This document shows positions 7,924-18,161 of a stretch of DNA of 54,135 nucleotides, piece by piece. This stretch comes from a virus. Taxonomy: Duplodnaviria > Caudoviricetes. The translations under genes were made by a program, and so were the position numbers. Under the pieces are notes generated by a model. That model had not been told where the DNA came from and made no database searches. It saw nothing but the letters and a program-made list of their open reading frames with translations. How positions within the stretch are numbered: the stretch's first letter is position 1; every line of letters starts with the position of its first letter. The stretch is taken from IMG/VR virus record IMGVR_UViG_3300022602_000133, positions 1-54,135 of that record. One strand, given 5' to 3'.

Positions 7924-9687
7924 TTAACCCATCATAAAAGATAAAAAATATGCAGGGTCAGTTGCTATTGTGATGCTACCTGCACCATTTGTAACATACA
8001 TGCTTTGTCCCGCTGTAATTGTTGCAGCACTATACGTAGTACCGTTTCCAATTGGTATTTGTCCGTTTGCTGGTGTTGTACTTATGCCAAGCCCGCCATA
8101 GGTTACACCAATTATTGTTCCTTGCCATACACCAGTACCAATTGTGCCTACTGTAGTTAAACTACTTGTAAGAACTGTAGTACCTAGTGTGCTAGAGCTT
8201 AATACTGTACCGCCGTTAATTTGATATACACCACTACTACTTGCTACGTTTACTGTAGGATTATTAATAGTTACTGTACCAGTACTTGCGCCAACGTTTA
8301 TTGCTGTGGCTGCGCCGCCAAAGTTTAATGTTGTTGCTACAGTATTGTATAAATTTTGTGTTGTTTGACTACCAACTACGGTAGGATTGTTAATAGTTAC
8401 TGTGCCGGTGCTTGCACCTACTGTAATTGCTGTGCCTGCGCCAAATGCATTTACAGTAGTGCTAGTTGTATTGAATACGTTGGCTATAGCGGCACTAGAT
8501 ACTAGTGTTCCGCCAGTCATTGTCAAATTACCAGCTGTTGTAATTTGCAATAATTGTATTCTTGATACATCGGTACCATTGTAAAATGTTATATTGTCTG
8601 CTGTACCAACACTGATACGTCCATTACCGTTAGGAGTGCCTGACACATAATCAATCAATATACCGTCACTATAATATCCTGTATATGATCCGTTGACAGC
8701 AAGACCATTTGTAACTACTACGTTGGTATTAATTGTCTGTTGATTAACTGTAGTTGTTGTTCCATTTACTGTTAAATTACCAGTAACTATTAAATTATTG
8801 TTGACTGTAGTGGTACCTGTAACGGCACCCATATTAATAGTAGTAGCTGACCCAAACGCATTAACAGTTGTAGCTGTTGTATTGACTAATGCAAACGTAG
8901 TACTAGATGTATTCAAACTAGTAGTAATGCTAGGGTTAGTTACAGTTAATACATTAGTGCTGGCATTATATACTATACTAGTATTAATTCTAGCTGTAGT
9001 AAGACTTCCAGATGTAAGGCCAGTAAACACTGGATACAATGTACTACTAGAACTATCAGTAGTAATAGTTGCACCGGCTGCTGCCCAACTTAATGCTCCT
9101 GATCCATTACTTACTAGTGCATAACCTGGACTAGTAGCATCTGCACTAGGTAACGTATATGTGGTACTACCTGCATTTGCTGGTACAGTTAGTGTGACAC
9201 TTCCGCTACTACTACCTGCTATAGAAACGCTGCCTTTTACAGATAACACACTGGTGTTACCATTATATGTTAAATTAGTGTTGACTTTGGCCGCGGTAAA
9301 ATTACCAGTGGTCAATGTAGTCATAGTAGGATATAGTACTGTATCTGTTACATCAGTAGCAATTGCCGCGCCAGCCGCCGCCCAACTTAGCACTCCGGCA
9401 CCATTACTGACTAGTGCAAATCCTGCGGTTGTAGCATCCGCACCTGGTAACGTCCATGTAACATTACTGGCAATTGATGCCGGTGCTTGGAATCCAATAT
9501 AATTTCCGCCGCCTGTGGCTGCAAATTTTAATGATGTGGTTAACGAATATAAGTTACCAGCAAGATATGTATTAATATTACCTAATGTAGTAATATAGTT
9601 TGTAGGTCCTGCTGGATCAACAATCGGTACAAGTGTTGCACTGCTAACATTACTTTCTGTTGATAATTGTGAAAACTTTATTGACAT
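7924..9687 (-). CDS. Fibre-like virion protein with internal repeats
   Basis: Two TLPxADATxxGxALVSNGxGxLSWAAAGA repeats, three NTxxTTxNxxGxxTxIxxGAxTGTxTxNN repeats, hydrophobic C-terminus. Confidence 0.6.
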   Translation of the reverse strand: MSIKFSQLSTESNVSSATLVPIVDPAGPTNYITTLGNINTYLAGNLYSLTTSLKFAATGGGNYIGFQAPASIASNVTWTLPGADATTAGFALVSNGAGVLSWAAAGAAIATDVTDTVLYPTMTTLTTGNFTAAKVNTNLTYNGNTSVLSVKGSVSIAGSSSGSVTLTVPANAGSTTYTLPSADATSPGYALVSNGSGALSWAAAGATITTDSSSSTLYPVFTGLTSGSLTTARINTSIVYNASTNVLTVTNPSITTSLNTSSTTFALVNTTATTVNAFGSATTINMGAVTGTTTVNNNLIVTGNLTVNGTTTTVNQQTINTNVVVTNGLAVNGSYTGYYSDGILIDYVSGTPNGNGRISVGTADNITFYNGTDVSRIQLLQITTAGNLTMTGGTLVSSAAIANVFNTTSTTVNAFGAGTAITVGASTGTVTINNPTVVGSQTTQNLYNTVATTLNFGGAATAINVGASTGTVTINNPTVNVASSSGVYQINGGTVLSSSTLGTTVLTSSLTTVGTIGTGVWQGTIIGVTYGGLGISTTPANGQIPIGNGTTYSAATITAGQSMYVTNGAGSITIATDPAYFLSFMMG

Positions 9688-9690
9688 TTA

Positions 9691-10476
9691 TTATCCAGTT
9701 ATAAAGTAATAGCCAGTACCACCAGCTGTTAAGTCCATTAATTCTTTGTCTAAGCGTTCGAATTCTTCTTTGGCACTTGATTTTAAATCCGTACCATTCA
9801 TAGTAATAGGACTACCTGGTCCTGCTATTGAAGCAAATTTAGAACGTGCTTCACCCAACATTTGTTTACATCCAGCTAGAGTGTAATCACGTAACCATTG
9901 TTTAGCATAAGGATCCTGAAGCAATACCCAGTCAGGACGGAAATTGTAACTTTGTACAAGAATCTGTTCGCCTTGTGCAAAGGGACGTTGTAAAATATTT
10001 AAAATGTGTGTAGTTGGCTTCCACAAGAATTCAATATAACTACCAAACATACGTCCAACTAACTTTTGATAACCAGCAAACGCATCATAAGTTGCTAGTC
10101 CACCCATCATACTACCTGACATCAAGTAAGTATTTGTGTAAGCTAGGTTAAACGGTTCAAATAAAGTACCACCTGCACCAATACCAGTTCTTGAGCCAAT
10201 AGCTCTACGAAACACTTGACGTACTGTGATAACTTCATCAGGTAATCTGTATTCATTTTGATCCTGTATTAGTTCTAAGAACAAGTAACTTTCTTCTACA
10301 GCGTTTGAGCTTTTTTGACGATAGCGGTTTAGAGCTTTGTCTAAGGCTGTTTCGTAGTGCAATGGATCCAACTCTACTTCAATCATACCGTCGCCAAGCA
10401 TGGTTTTTACATACTGAAAAACGGCATTTCGTTCAATTGTTGAGCTTGACTGTGTTGTTGACGGTTGATCGACCAT
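9691..10476 (-). CDS. Neck protein (T4 gp13-like)
   Basis: LGDGMIEVEL N-terminus; W.RDY.LA..K..LGEARSKF..I.GP...ITMNG..L C-terminal motif. Confidence 0.85.
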   Translation of the reverse strand: MVDQPSTTQSSSTIERNAVFQYVKTMLGDGMIEVELDPLHYETALDKALNRYRQKSSNAVEESYLFLELIQDQNEYRLPDEVITVRQVFRRAIGSRTGIGAGGTLFEPFNLAYTNTYLMSGSMMGGLATYDAFAGYQKLVGRMFGSYIEFLWKPTTHILNILQRPFAQGEQILVQSYNFRPDWVLLQDPYAKQWLRDYTLAGCKQMLGEARSKFASIAGPGSPITMNGTDLKSSAKEEFERLDKELMDLTAGGTGYYFITG

Positions 10477-10494
10477 ATTTTTGTCCTCTTACTA

Positions 10495-10514
10495 TATTTA
10501 GCTATCGATAAATA
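10495..10514. promoter_or_regulatory. Back-to-back late promoter motifs for gp13 (-) and gp14 (+)
   Basis: TATTTA-GCTATCGA-TAAATA inverted pair in the 45-nt divergent intergenic gap. Confidence 0.65.
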
Positions 10515-10521
10515 TGTTACT

Positions 10522-11976
10522 ATGCCAAGACTCTCATTATATAAACCGGAAAAAGGGCTTGATTACAAGTTCATAGATCGTCAAGCCTCGGAAATGTTCC
10601 AAGCGGGCGGAACTGATGTGTATGTACACAAGTATTTGGGTGCTAATACAGACTCTACGAATGCCACAGCTGATCAGCCTAATTATGCCACAACTGCGGT
10701 TACAAACATACAAGATTTGTTATTTTTAGAAAATCGTGACAGAACTTACGATACAGAAATCTACAGAATTCGCGGGTTGTATAATGTACAAAATATCGAC
10801 TTTAACTTAAGTCAATTTGGTTTGTTCATCGATAACGATACCTTGTACATGACTGTACATATCAACGATTTTATCAAGTACATAGGACGTAAACCCATTA
10901 GCGGCGATGTACTAGAATTGCCACATTTACGTGATGATTTTGCCCTAAATGATTTTGATTTTGCACTGCCAAGATACTATGTTATCGAGGATGTAGGTCG
11001 TGCTAGTGAAGGATTTAGTGTAACTTGGTTCCCGCATTTATACAGATTAAAACTTAAACGTATTACTGATAATCAGCAATTTGCACAAATCTTTAATCAA
11101 CAGGCTACAGATGCTAACGGAGATCCTGTAGAAAATACTACTTTAAGAGACTTGTTAAGTACACACAATCAAGAATTACAAATTAGTGATGCTGTAGTAC
11201 AACAAGCAGAAATAGATGCCCCTAAGAGTGGTTACGAAACTAGACAATATTATACACTGGCTGTTGATCCTACTACAGGAAAACCTGTATTAGATACAGC
11301 AGACGAAACTAGTATACTAGCCAGTAATGCTAGTGCTGGTGTTAATGCTAGTTCAACTAATGCTGTTCCAAAACGAAGCGGCTATTCAGGTTATTTGCTA
11401 GGAGATGGATATCCTGCAAATGGTTACGAGTTTGGTTTTGGTATTCAGTTCCCTGCAAATCCCGCTGCCGATGATTTCTTCTTACGTGTAGATATGTTGC
11501 CTAATAGATTGTATAGATTTGACGGAAAACAAAATGCATGGATTGCTGTAGAAGATTCAGTGCGTATGAACATGACTAATACTGATACTCGTAGTACATT
11601 AAAAACTGGATTTATTAACAACGATAACTGGACTTATAACAACGCTGTTGTTAGTGATTTCTCTAACCTTGCTTTGAATGCTACTGTTGCTAGAACATTA
11701 ATTGATAGTAATGTCACCGGATTATATGTAGTATTGAAATTAGATACAGTTCAATTAGAATATGTAGTTGCAGACCACACTGGAATATTCACATCTTACA
11801 GCCACATGAATGCTCAAGGCATCACAAGTAACAAACTACAAATTAATTTACCTATAATTAATGAAGTACAACAAACAATACCATATGCAGGACAATGGAC
11901 TGTGACAATCTACAATTACAGAGAACCGCAGAAACAATCTATTAGCAAGGTACTTAAACCACAGGCGGATTTATAA
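10522..11976 (+). CDS. Neck/head completion protein (T4 gp14-like) with C-terminal extension
   Basis: MPRLSLY start; LSQFGLF..D.L.MT.H, GRKPISGDVLELPH, W.PHLYRLKL motifs; between gp13 and gp15. Confidence 0.75.
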   Translation: MPRLSLYKPEKGLDYKFIDRQASEMFQAGGTDVYVHKYLGANTDSTNATADQPNYATTAVTNIQDLLFLENRDRTYDTEIYRIRGLYNVQNIDFNLSQFGLFIDNDTLYMTVHINDFIKYIGRKPISGDVLELPHLRDDFALNDFDFALPRYYVIEDVGRASEGFSVTWFPHLYRLKLKRITDNQQFAQIFNQQATDANGDPVENTTLRDLLSTHNQELQISDAVVQQAEIDAPKSGYETRQYYTLAVDPTTGKPVLDTADETSILASNASAGVNASSTNAVPKRSGYSGYLLGDGYPANGYEFGFGIQFPANPAADDFFLRVDMLPNRLYRFDGKQNAWIAVEDSVRMNMTNTDTRSTLKTGFINNDNWTYNNAVVSDFSNLALNATVARTLIDSNVTGLYVVLKLDTVQLEYVVADHTGIFTSYSHMNAQGITSNKLQINLPIINEVQQTIPYAGQWTVTIYNYREPQKQSISKVLKPQADL

Positions 11977-13454
11977 TGCAACATTTTTATGATGGGCAAA
12001 TAAGAAGATACATTACGCAGACTATTCGTGCGTTAAGTAACTTTGTGGTCAAATACGGCGACGGTACACTGGTACGTATACCAGTTATGTATGGTGATGC
12101 AGACCGTCAAGTGGCTAGTATTATTCGTAATAATAGTGAAAACAAAGTTAATAGCGTTCCACGAATAAGCGTCTATGTAAGTTCTTTGGCATTAGATAGA
12201 GATCGATTAAGTGATCAAACTTACGTAGGTACTGTTAATATCCGTGAACGTGATATTGATCCTAATACAAATGCTTATACAACTGGGCAAGGACGCAACT
12301 ATAGCATTGAACGATTGATGCCTACTCCGTTTAAACTAACTATGAAGTGCGATATTTGGAGTGCTAACACTGATCAAAAATTACAAATACTTGAACAAAT
12401 TTTAGTTTTGTTTAATCCTAGTTTAGAACTACAAACCACAGACAACTATATTGACTGGACCAGTTTAACTGTATTAAATCTAAACGATATCAACTGGGAT
12501 AGTAGAACTGTCCCAGTGGGTAATGACACACCAATTGATATTGCTACACTAACATTAGATACTCCTATATGGATTAATCCTCCAGTTAAAGTCAAGCACT
12601 TGGGCGTTATTACTAAAATTGTTACAAGCATGTACAATTCAAGTAGTACTAGCGATACTTATATTGACGGATTAGGTCAAGATCCAATGGCGGCTACAAC
12701 TACATTTACTGATATTTTAAGTTTGGCTATTAATACTCCGCAAGATTATCGTCTAGAAGTTTACAATGGACAAGCTATTTTAATTGGTGCAAATGAAAGC
12801 GTGGTTAGTGTTGGCGGCGGCACTTTAGATATTCCAGTTCGACAAGGAACTCCTATTAATTGGAATATATTATTCAGCCAAACTCCTAACAAATATGTAG
12901 CTGGGTCTAGTCAACTGTATCTAACACAACCTAACGGTAGTATGATTGTAGGAACGTTTGCTATTAACAGTTTAGATGAAACTATACTACAAGTTAATTG
13001 GAATCCAGACACTCTAACAGCTAACACAGGCATAGACAGTCAAGGCAATATAGAACCTGCTGCAGGTTACAATACAAATTCAACACAATATAGACCCAAC
13101 AGCCCAGGCACATTTGATGCTATCATAAATCCACAAACTTATGATCCAAGCGATCCTAACAAACACGGTACTATTTCATCTATTGCTGTTGGTACTAGAT
13201 TCCTTATAATTGAGGATATTGGCGCTGTAAATAATACTACAGTAGCTTGGGGTGCATTAGTAGCAAAAGCTAACGATATTATAGAATACGATGGTTCTGC
13301 ATGGCATGTAATTTTTAATGCTAGCCAGGAATCAAGCATCATGGTGTGGCAGACTAATATATATACTGGAATACAATACTTATGGAACGGTGTTTCCTGG
13401 GTTAAGTCATTCGAGGGTGTATACGAGGCTGCTAATTGGAAAATAGTACTGTAA
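11976..13454 (+). CDS. Tail sheath stabiliser / tail terminator (T4 gp15-like) with C-terminal extension
   Basis: HFYDGQIRRY, IPVMYG, PRIS, PTPFKL, QKLQILEQILVLFNP motifs. Confidence 0.85.
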   Translation: MQHFYDGQIRRYITQTIRALSNFVVKYGDGTLVRIPVMYGDADRQVASIIRNNSENKVNSVPRISVYVSSLALDRDRLSDQTYVGTVNIRERDIDPNTNAYTTGQGRNYSIERLMPTPFKLTMKCDIWSANTDQKLQILEQILVLFNPSLELQTTDNYIDWTSLTVLNLNDINWDSRTVPVGNDTPIDIATLTLDTPIWINPPVKVKHLGVITKIVTSMYNSSSTSDTYIDGLGQDPMAATTTFTDILSLAINTPQDYRLEVYNGQAILIGANESVVSVGGGTLDIPVRQGTPINWNILFSQTPNKYVAGSSQLYLTQPNGSMIVGTFAINSLDETILQVNWNPDTLTANTGIDSQGNIEPAAGYNTNSTQYRPNSPGTFDAIINPQTYDPSDPNKHGTISSIAVGTRFLIIEDIGAVNNTTVAWGALVAKANDIIEYDGSAWHVIFNASQESSIMVWQTNIYTGIQYLWNGVSWVKSFEGVYEAANWKIVL

Positions 13455-13885
13455 AAGAACCGATAATTTGTAGTGGTGCGTTATTTTACGCTAAATCTAC
13501 ACGACGTTTTTTACTATTACAAAAAGCACACGGCAAGCACGAAGGGTCTTGGGGCTTAGTCGGCGGTACTAATATCACTGGCGAAACTCCATGGCAAGGT
13601 CTTCAAAGAGAAATCAACGAAGAAATTGGCCCGTGTCCAGAAATAATCAAAACAATTCCACTTGAAACATTTGTCAGCAATGATAAAGTGTTTAATTTTC
13701 ACACCTACTTGTGTGTTATTGAAGAAGAATTTGTACCATATCTAAGCGATGAACATCAAGGGTGGGCATGGGCTACTGTAGATCGCGCTCCAAAACCCTT
13801 ACATCAAGGATTACGCAATAGTTTTAGTTCAAAAACTATTCGCACAAAATTACAAACAGTATTTGATCTAGTGGATTTAATATGA
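13436..13885 (+). CDS. Nudix hydrolase
   Basis: Nudix box GGTNITGETPWQGLQREINEEIG; start codon uncertain. Confidence 0.85.
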   Translation: MENSTVKEPIICSGALFYAKSTRRFLLLQKAHGKHEGSWGLVGGTNITGETPWQGLQREINEEIGPCPEIIKTIPLETFVSNDKVFNFHTYLCVIEEEFVPYLSDEHQGWAWATVDRAPKPLHQGLRNSFSSKTIRTKLQTVFDLVDLI

Positions 13886-14463
13886 AAGAACATTCAGTTA
13901 ATTCATTAGATAATTTTATTGCAGGTTGGTATCTTGAAGATACAAGTATATGCGACGAAGTTATTGATTTTTTTAAAAATAGCCCAAATCAAGTTCCAGG
14001 AACATTTGGACAAAATTATGCCAAAGTCGATTTAAACGGTAAAGACAGTACTGATGTGTATGTTGAATGGAAGTCCACTATTGGTCAACGTTATTTTAAA
14101 CATCTTAATCAAGTTGCACAACAATATATTGCCAAATACCCTTATTGTAATGAATATGCCAAATGGGGAGTGATCCAACCATTTAACATTCAATACTACA
14201 AACCCGGTGGCGGCTTTTATGGCTGGCACACTGAACGCAGTAGTACCATAATGCCGCTAGTCACAAGACATTTGGCATTTATGACGTATTTAAATGATGT
14301 TAGTGACCAAGGAGAAACAGAGTTTTTCCACCAAAAGATTAGGATAAAACCAGAGAAAGGCCTTACACTAATATGGCCTGTAGACTGGACACTAACACAT
14401 CGAGGAATTCCTTCCCCCAGTCAAGAAAAATATATAACAACGGGGTGGTTTAACTACGTATGA
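13882..14463 (+). CDS. 2OG-Fe(II) oxygenase (prolyl-4-hydroxylase-like family)
   Basis: IQYYKPG..F.GWHTE, MTYLNDV...GETEF, THRG, KYITTGW: HxE...H triad and basic 2OG ligand. Confidence 0.85.
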   Translation: MKEHSVNSLDNFIAGWYLEDTSICDEVIDFFKNSPNQVPGTFGQNYAKVDLNGKDSTDVYVEWKSTIGQRYFKHLNQVAQQYIAKYPYCNEYAKWGVIQPFNIQYYKPGGGFYGWHTERSSTIMPLVTRHLAFMTYLNDVSDQGETEFFHQKIRIKPEKGLTLIWPVDWTLTHRGIPSPSQEKYITTGWFNYV

Positions 14464-15206
14464 TTAGTTTCTTTTTTAAACGTCGTCAAAGAACTGTAGA
14501 CTGTTTTACCGACGATCCTAGTGCTTACAAATATCATGCTATCACTCCGGCTGCAGATTACTATCCAGAGTGGTGGTTAAAAATGCCCAACTATCAAACT
14601 GTTCCTGATAAAAATGGGTTGGCTGTTGATACTCCTACTATAAAACGATGTGTCGGGTTGATGAATTTATATCAACGAGGAGTAGTATTACCTTTATGGT
14701 CAAGTATTGCTATCGAAACTACACAAGAAGGTTATAGATATTCATTTGCCAAACAACATTATAACAAAGAATTACCATTATCGGATTATCATCCAGATTG
14801 GCAAACAGGCCCAGCATTTAATGATGTATTACATTTAAAAATGATTAGCCCTTGGTTCCTTGTTCAATCGGAATATTACAAATATGTATTTCAACCGATG
14901 ACTTGGAATACTGTAAATCAGTGGAATCAGTATACAATTCTGCCAGGCGTTATGGATTTTAAATATCAAAATTCCACTAATGTCAATATGTTCCTTGCTA
15001 AAAACAGTCGAATTGACATTGAAGCCGGTACTCCTATGTACCAAATTATACCAATAACTGATGATGAAATTATCTTTAAAAATCATTTAGTCGAAACAGA
15101 ACATGTAAAAAAAATTTACAATAGTAGATTCGGAACTTATTCCAATTCTTATAAAAATATTAAGAAATTTTATGAAAATAAAAAACGTTGCCCTTTAGGA
15201 TTTTAA
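14460..15206 (+). CDS. Hypothetical protein in the oxygenase island
   Basis: 248 aa, ATGA-coupled; PEWW, TIKRC.G, SPW, ILPGVMDF, AGTP motifs; function unknown. Confidence 0.6.
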   Translation: MISFFFKRRQRTVDCFTDDPSAYKYHAITPAADYYPEWWLKMPNYQTVPDKNGLAVDTPTIKRCVGLMNLYQRGVVLPLWSSIAIETTQEGYRYSFAKQHYNKELPLSDYHPDWQTGPAFNDVLHLKMISPWFLVQSEYYKYVFQPMTWNTVNQWNQYTILPGVMDFKYQNSTNVNMFLAKNSRIDIEAGTPMYQIIPITDDEIIFKNHLVETEHVKKIYNSRFGTYSNSYKNIKKFYENKKRCPLGF

Positions 15207-15788
15207 ATGATTAAAGATATTATAGTATTAGATGATTTTATTTGTAAACAATATCAAGATGATATTGAAACAACATTATTAGGAGATTCAAACACTCCTT
15301 GGTATATGTTAGACGATGTTACACTAGGATTTAAAGATCTTCCTAGTAAAAACTTTGGACTAAGTCATGTGTTAAAAAACGACCACGGCATCATTAGTAA
15401 TCTTTATCGATTTATGATGCCCATGGTGTTTACAGCTATAGATAAAATTGGTTACACAGTTACCGATGTATATTTGGCAAGAAGTTTTACACAGTTGCCA
15501 TCACTTAATAACGAACCCAATTGGCCGCATGTGGACATGAATATTCCACACCTAGTATGTTTGTATTATGTAAATGATTCACAAGGCGATACTGTTATCT
15601 ATAACGAAATGGTCGATGATGTGCTTGTTACTGAAGTTAATACATATCAATACACCGAGCTTCAACGTATAACTCCTAAAAAAGGAAGAGTTGCTATTTT
15701 CAGTGGTACTAGATTTCATTCTAGTGGAAAACCTGTTAGTGGCAAAAGATGTATTCTTAATTTTGATTTAAATGTTAAACCACAATAA
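15207..15788 (+). CDS. 2OG-Fe(II) oxygenase-like protein
   Basis: PHVD, LYYVNDSQGDT, PKKGR, FHSS, R.ILNF motifs. Confidence 0.8.
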   Translation: MIKDIIVLDDFICKQYQDDIETTLLGDSNTPWYMLDDVTLGFKDLPSKNFGLSHVLKNDHGIISNLYRFMMPMVFTAIDKIGYTVTDVYLARSFTQLPSLNNEPNWPHVDMNIPHLVCLYYVNDSQGDTVIYNEMVDDVLVTEVNTYQYTELQRITPKKGRVAIFSGTRFHSSGKPVSGKRCILNFDLNVKPQ

Positions 15789-16407
15789 TTATTTTCCTGT
15801 CGAACCCTGGTTTCCTGTTCCATTATATATTAATTGGGTAAGCCAAAAAAATTTTAATGGTATACAACAAGACTTTCAGCGGGTCGTTGATATATTAAAA
15901 GCAAATGGCACTTTTACATATCGCGAAGACTGGAACAGTCATAAAACTAGTGACGTTACTTTTACAAAAAACTTGTTTGAAGAACATAATTTAACTTTAT
16001 TTCAACAAGAACTAGACGAGCATATTTTCAATTATTTAAATTTAATTAATAGTCCAGTTGCTAAAAAAGAAGAAAATTTTAAATATAAGATATTTGGCAG
16101 CTGGATGACACTAAGTACTAAAAAAGACTACGCACACATTCATACACACGGAAGTAGTGACCTTTCTGGAGTTTATTACTTCCAAACTAACGGCAATGAT
16201 GGTAGTATTTTCTTTGAAAATCCTAGTAAGTATTTGGAAAATTCCTATTGCTTTTCGCATATAGATAGTAGAGCATCTTGGAAACCTGAAGTGGGTAAGT
16301 TACTATTATTCCCAGGATGGTTACCTCATGGCGTAACTACTAACACAACTGACCACGAACGTATTAGCGTGAGTTTTAATATTATATTTGAGAGGAATTA
16401 TGGTTGA
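15772..16407 (+). CDS. Putative 2OG-Fe(II) oxygenase (TIGR02466-like)
   Basis: WFPVP, HIHTH, LSGVYY, FPGWLPHGV, RISVSFN. Confidence 0.8.
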   Translation: MLNHNNYFPVEPWFPVPLYINWVSQKNFNGIQQDFQRVVDILKANGTFTYREDWNSHKTSDVTFTKNLFEEHNLTLFQQELDEHIFNYLNLINSPVAKKEENFKYKIFGSWMTLSTKKDYAHIHTHGSSDLSGVYYFQTNGNDGSIFFENPSKYLENSYCFSHIDSRASWKPEVGKLLLFPGWLPHGVTTNTTDHERISVSFNIIFERNYG

Positions 16408-16987
16408 ACTTTGGTTTCCAACACCTATATATTATGGAGATATAACAGGTGACACATTTACTACTGTACAAGAAGAGTTCGACTCTGTCTTTAAAACACT
16501 AATCAATGATAGGACATTTCAATATATGCCGGATTGGAATAGCCATTTATTAAGTGATATTAAGTTTGAAAAAAACTTAATAGAAGATTATCATCTCGAT
16601 GCTTTCAGAGACGAATTAGATCGTCACATACAAGAATATTTAAAAGAAATAGAATTTCCAGGTAAAAAGAAATATAAAATTGCCGCATCCTGGATGAGTT
16701 TTTATCAAAAAGGTGACTTTGCACATACTCACTGTCACGGAGATGCTGATTTATCAGGTGTATACTATTTTAAATCGGTTAACGAGAATGGTAAAATCTT
16801 TTTCGATACTCCTGTGAAGACTTTGACTAATTCTTATTGTTTTAAGCATTTGGTTAGCAGAGTTTATTACCCTCCTAAAGAAGGAAGACTAATGCTTTTT
16901 CCTAGTTGGGCAGAACATGGTGTGCAAACTATGACAGAGGAAGGTCATAGAGTTGCTGTTAGTTTTAATATAGAATTTGAGAGATAA
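16400..16987 (+). CDS. Putative 2OG-Fe(II) oxygenase (TIGR02466-like), tandem paralogue
   Basis: WFPTP, HTHCH, LSGVYY, FPSWAEHGV, RVAVSFN; GAGG RBS before ATG 16400. Confidence 0.8.
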   Translation: MVELWFPTPIYYGDITGDTFTTVQEEFDSVFKTLINDRTFQYMPDWNSHLLSDIKFEKNLIEDYHLDAFRDELDRHIQEYLKEIEFPGKKKYKIAASWMSFYQKGDFAHTHCHGDADLSGVYYFKSVNENGKIFFDTPVKTLTNSYCFKHLVSRVYYPPKEGRLMLFPSWAEHGVQTMTEEGHRVAVSFNIEFER

Positions 16988-16988
16988 T

Positions 16989-18161
16989 ATGAAAATTGCT
17001 GTATTAGGTGCCGGTACCGCTAGTTGTATTTTTAGTATGATTGCTTGCAGGTTTATTTCTAAGCCTGTTGAAATTACTTGTATTCATGATCCTAGTATAT
17101 CTACTATACAAGTGGGCGAAACCGCTAGTCCAGCAATATTATCTGCACTACAAGATTGTTTAGATTTTGAAGTATCTGAAGATTTAGAAAAATTAGATGG
17201 TACATTACGTACCGGAGTTAAACATTTCTGGAGTCAAGCTAGCAATGATTTTTCTATACTATATGATAGACAATTTGGTATACACCTAAACAGTACAAAA
17301 CTTAGCGAATTTGTCATGGGTCGCTTAAAAGAAAAATATCCTTTCTTTAAAGAACAACATGATACAATAATCAAAACAAACAAAACCACAGGCGAAGTAA
17401 CAACAGAATCTGGCTCCGAAGTATTTGATTTAGTAGTGGACTGTACAGGATTTGCTAACCCTGAATTATTTAAAACAGGTGTGTTAGTTAAACCTTCGTT
17501 TGCAGCTGTTAACTCTGTTATTATCTGGCCTGAATGGAAACAATACAACGAATATTATACTACAGCTCAAATACACGATAATGGTTGGATGTTTGGAGTT
17601 CCCCTTACATCAAGAAAAGCATGGGGATATTTGTACAATAACGAAATTACTACATATGAAGAAGCCAGAGAAGATTTTAAACGGTTAAAAAATCTCGATG
17701 ACGACACGTTAGATAAATGTCGTAGTTTTTCATGGAATCAATATCTAAGAGTTAAAGCTATTGACGAGCGTGTGTTATTTCTTGGTAATAATTTATTTTT
17801 CTTTGAGCCAGCAGGTGCAATACCTTTGCACTATTATTTGAATATTAGTAGAATTATTTCTGAAGATTTTGGAAATGTTGAATTTAATTGGCGTTATCAT
17901 AAAATGATTAACACATATCATCAACAAATGATGAATCAACATCAAGATGTAACTGCTATTGCTTACGCAGGTGCTAATCGACTAGAAACTGACTTTTGGA
18001 ATAAAACAAAAACGTCTGCAATCGCTAAATTACAGACGTCCGATGATTGGCACAAGTGGCTTAGAAATCAATTAGAAACTGATCATTATTTTACTCACCC
18101 AAAAGAATTAATGATTCAATACATTAATAAATTTGGGTTAGATCTTGATCAGTTTTTGTAA
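16989..18161 (+). CDS. Divergent short tryptophan-halogenase-family flavoprotein
   Basis: KIAVLGAGTA, VGE, DCTGF, GWMFGVP, GYLY, FFEP motifs; halogenase-specific motifs degenerate. Confidence 0.7.
   Translation: MKIAVLGAGTASCIFSMIACRFISKPVEITCIHDPSISTIQVGETASPAILSALQDCLDFEVSEDLEKLDGTLRTGVKHFWSQASNDFSILYDRQFGIHLNSTKLSEFVMGRLKEKYPFFKEQHDTIIKTNKTTGEVTTESGSEVFDLVVDCTGFANPELFKTGVLVKPSFAAVNSVIIWPEWKQYNEYYTTAQIHDNGWMFGVPLTSRKAWGYLYNNEITTYEEAREDFKRLKNLDDDTLDKCRSFSWNQYLRVKAIDERVLFLGNNLFFFEPAGAIPLHYYLNISRIISEDFGNVEFNWRYHKMINTYHQQMMNQHQDVTAIAYAGANRLETDFWNKTKTSAIAKLQTSDDWHKWLRNQLETDHYFTHPKELMIQYINKFGLDLDQFL

Noticed and set aside
10465-10521. ORF-track upstream starts for gp14 (10465), dNMP kinase (1220), HNH (185), 16388 and 16977
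   Set aside because: Extensions overlap promoter motifs or neighbouring genes; downstream ATGs match family N-termini
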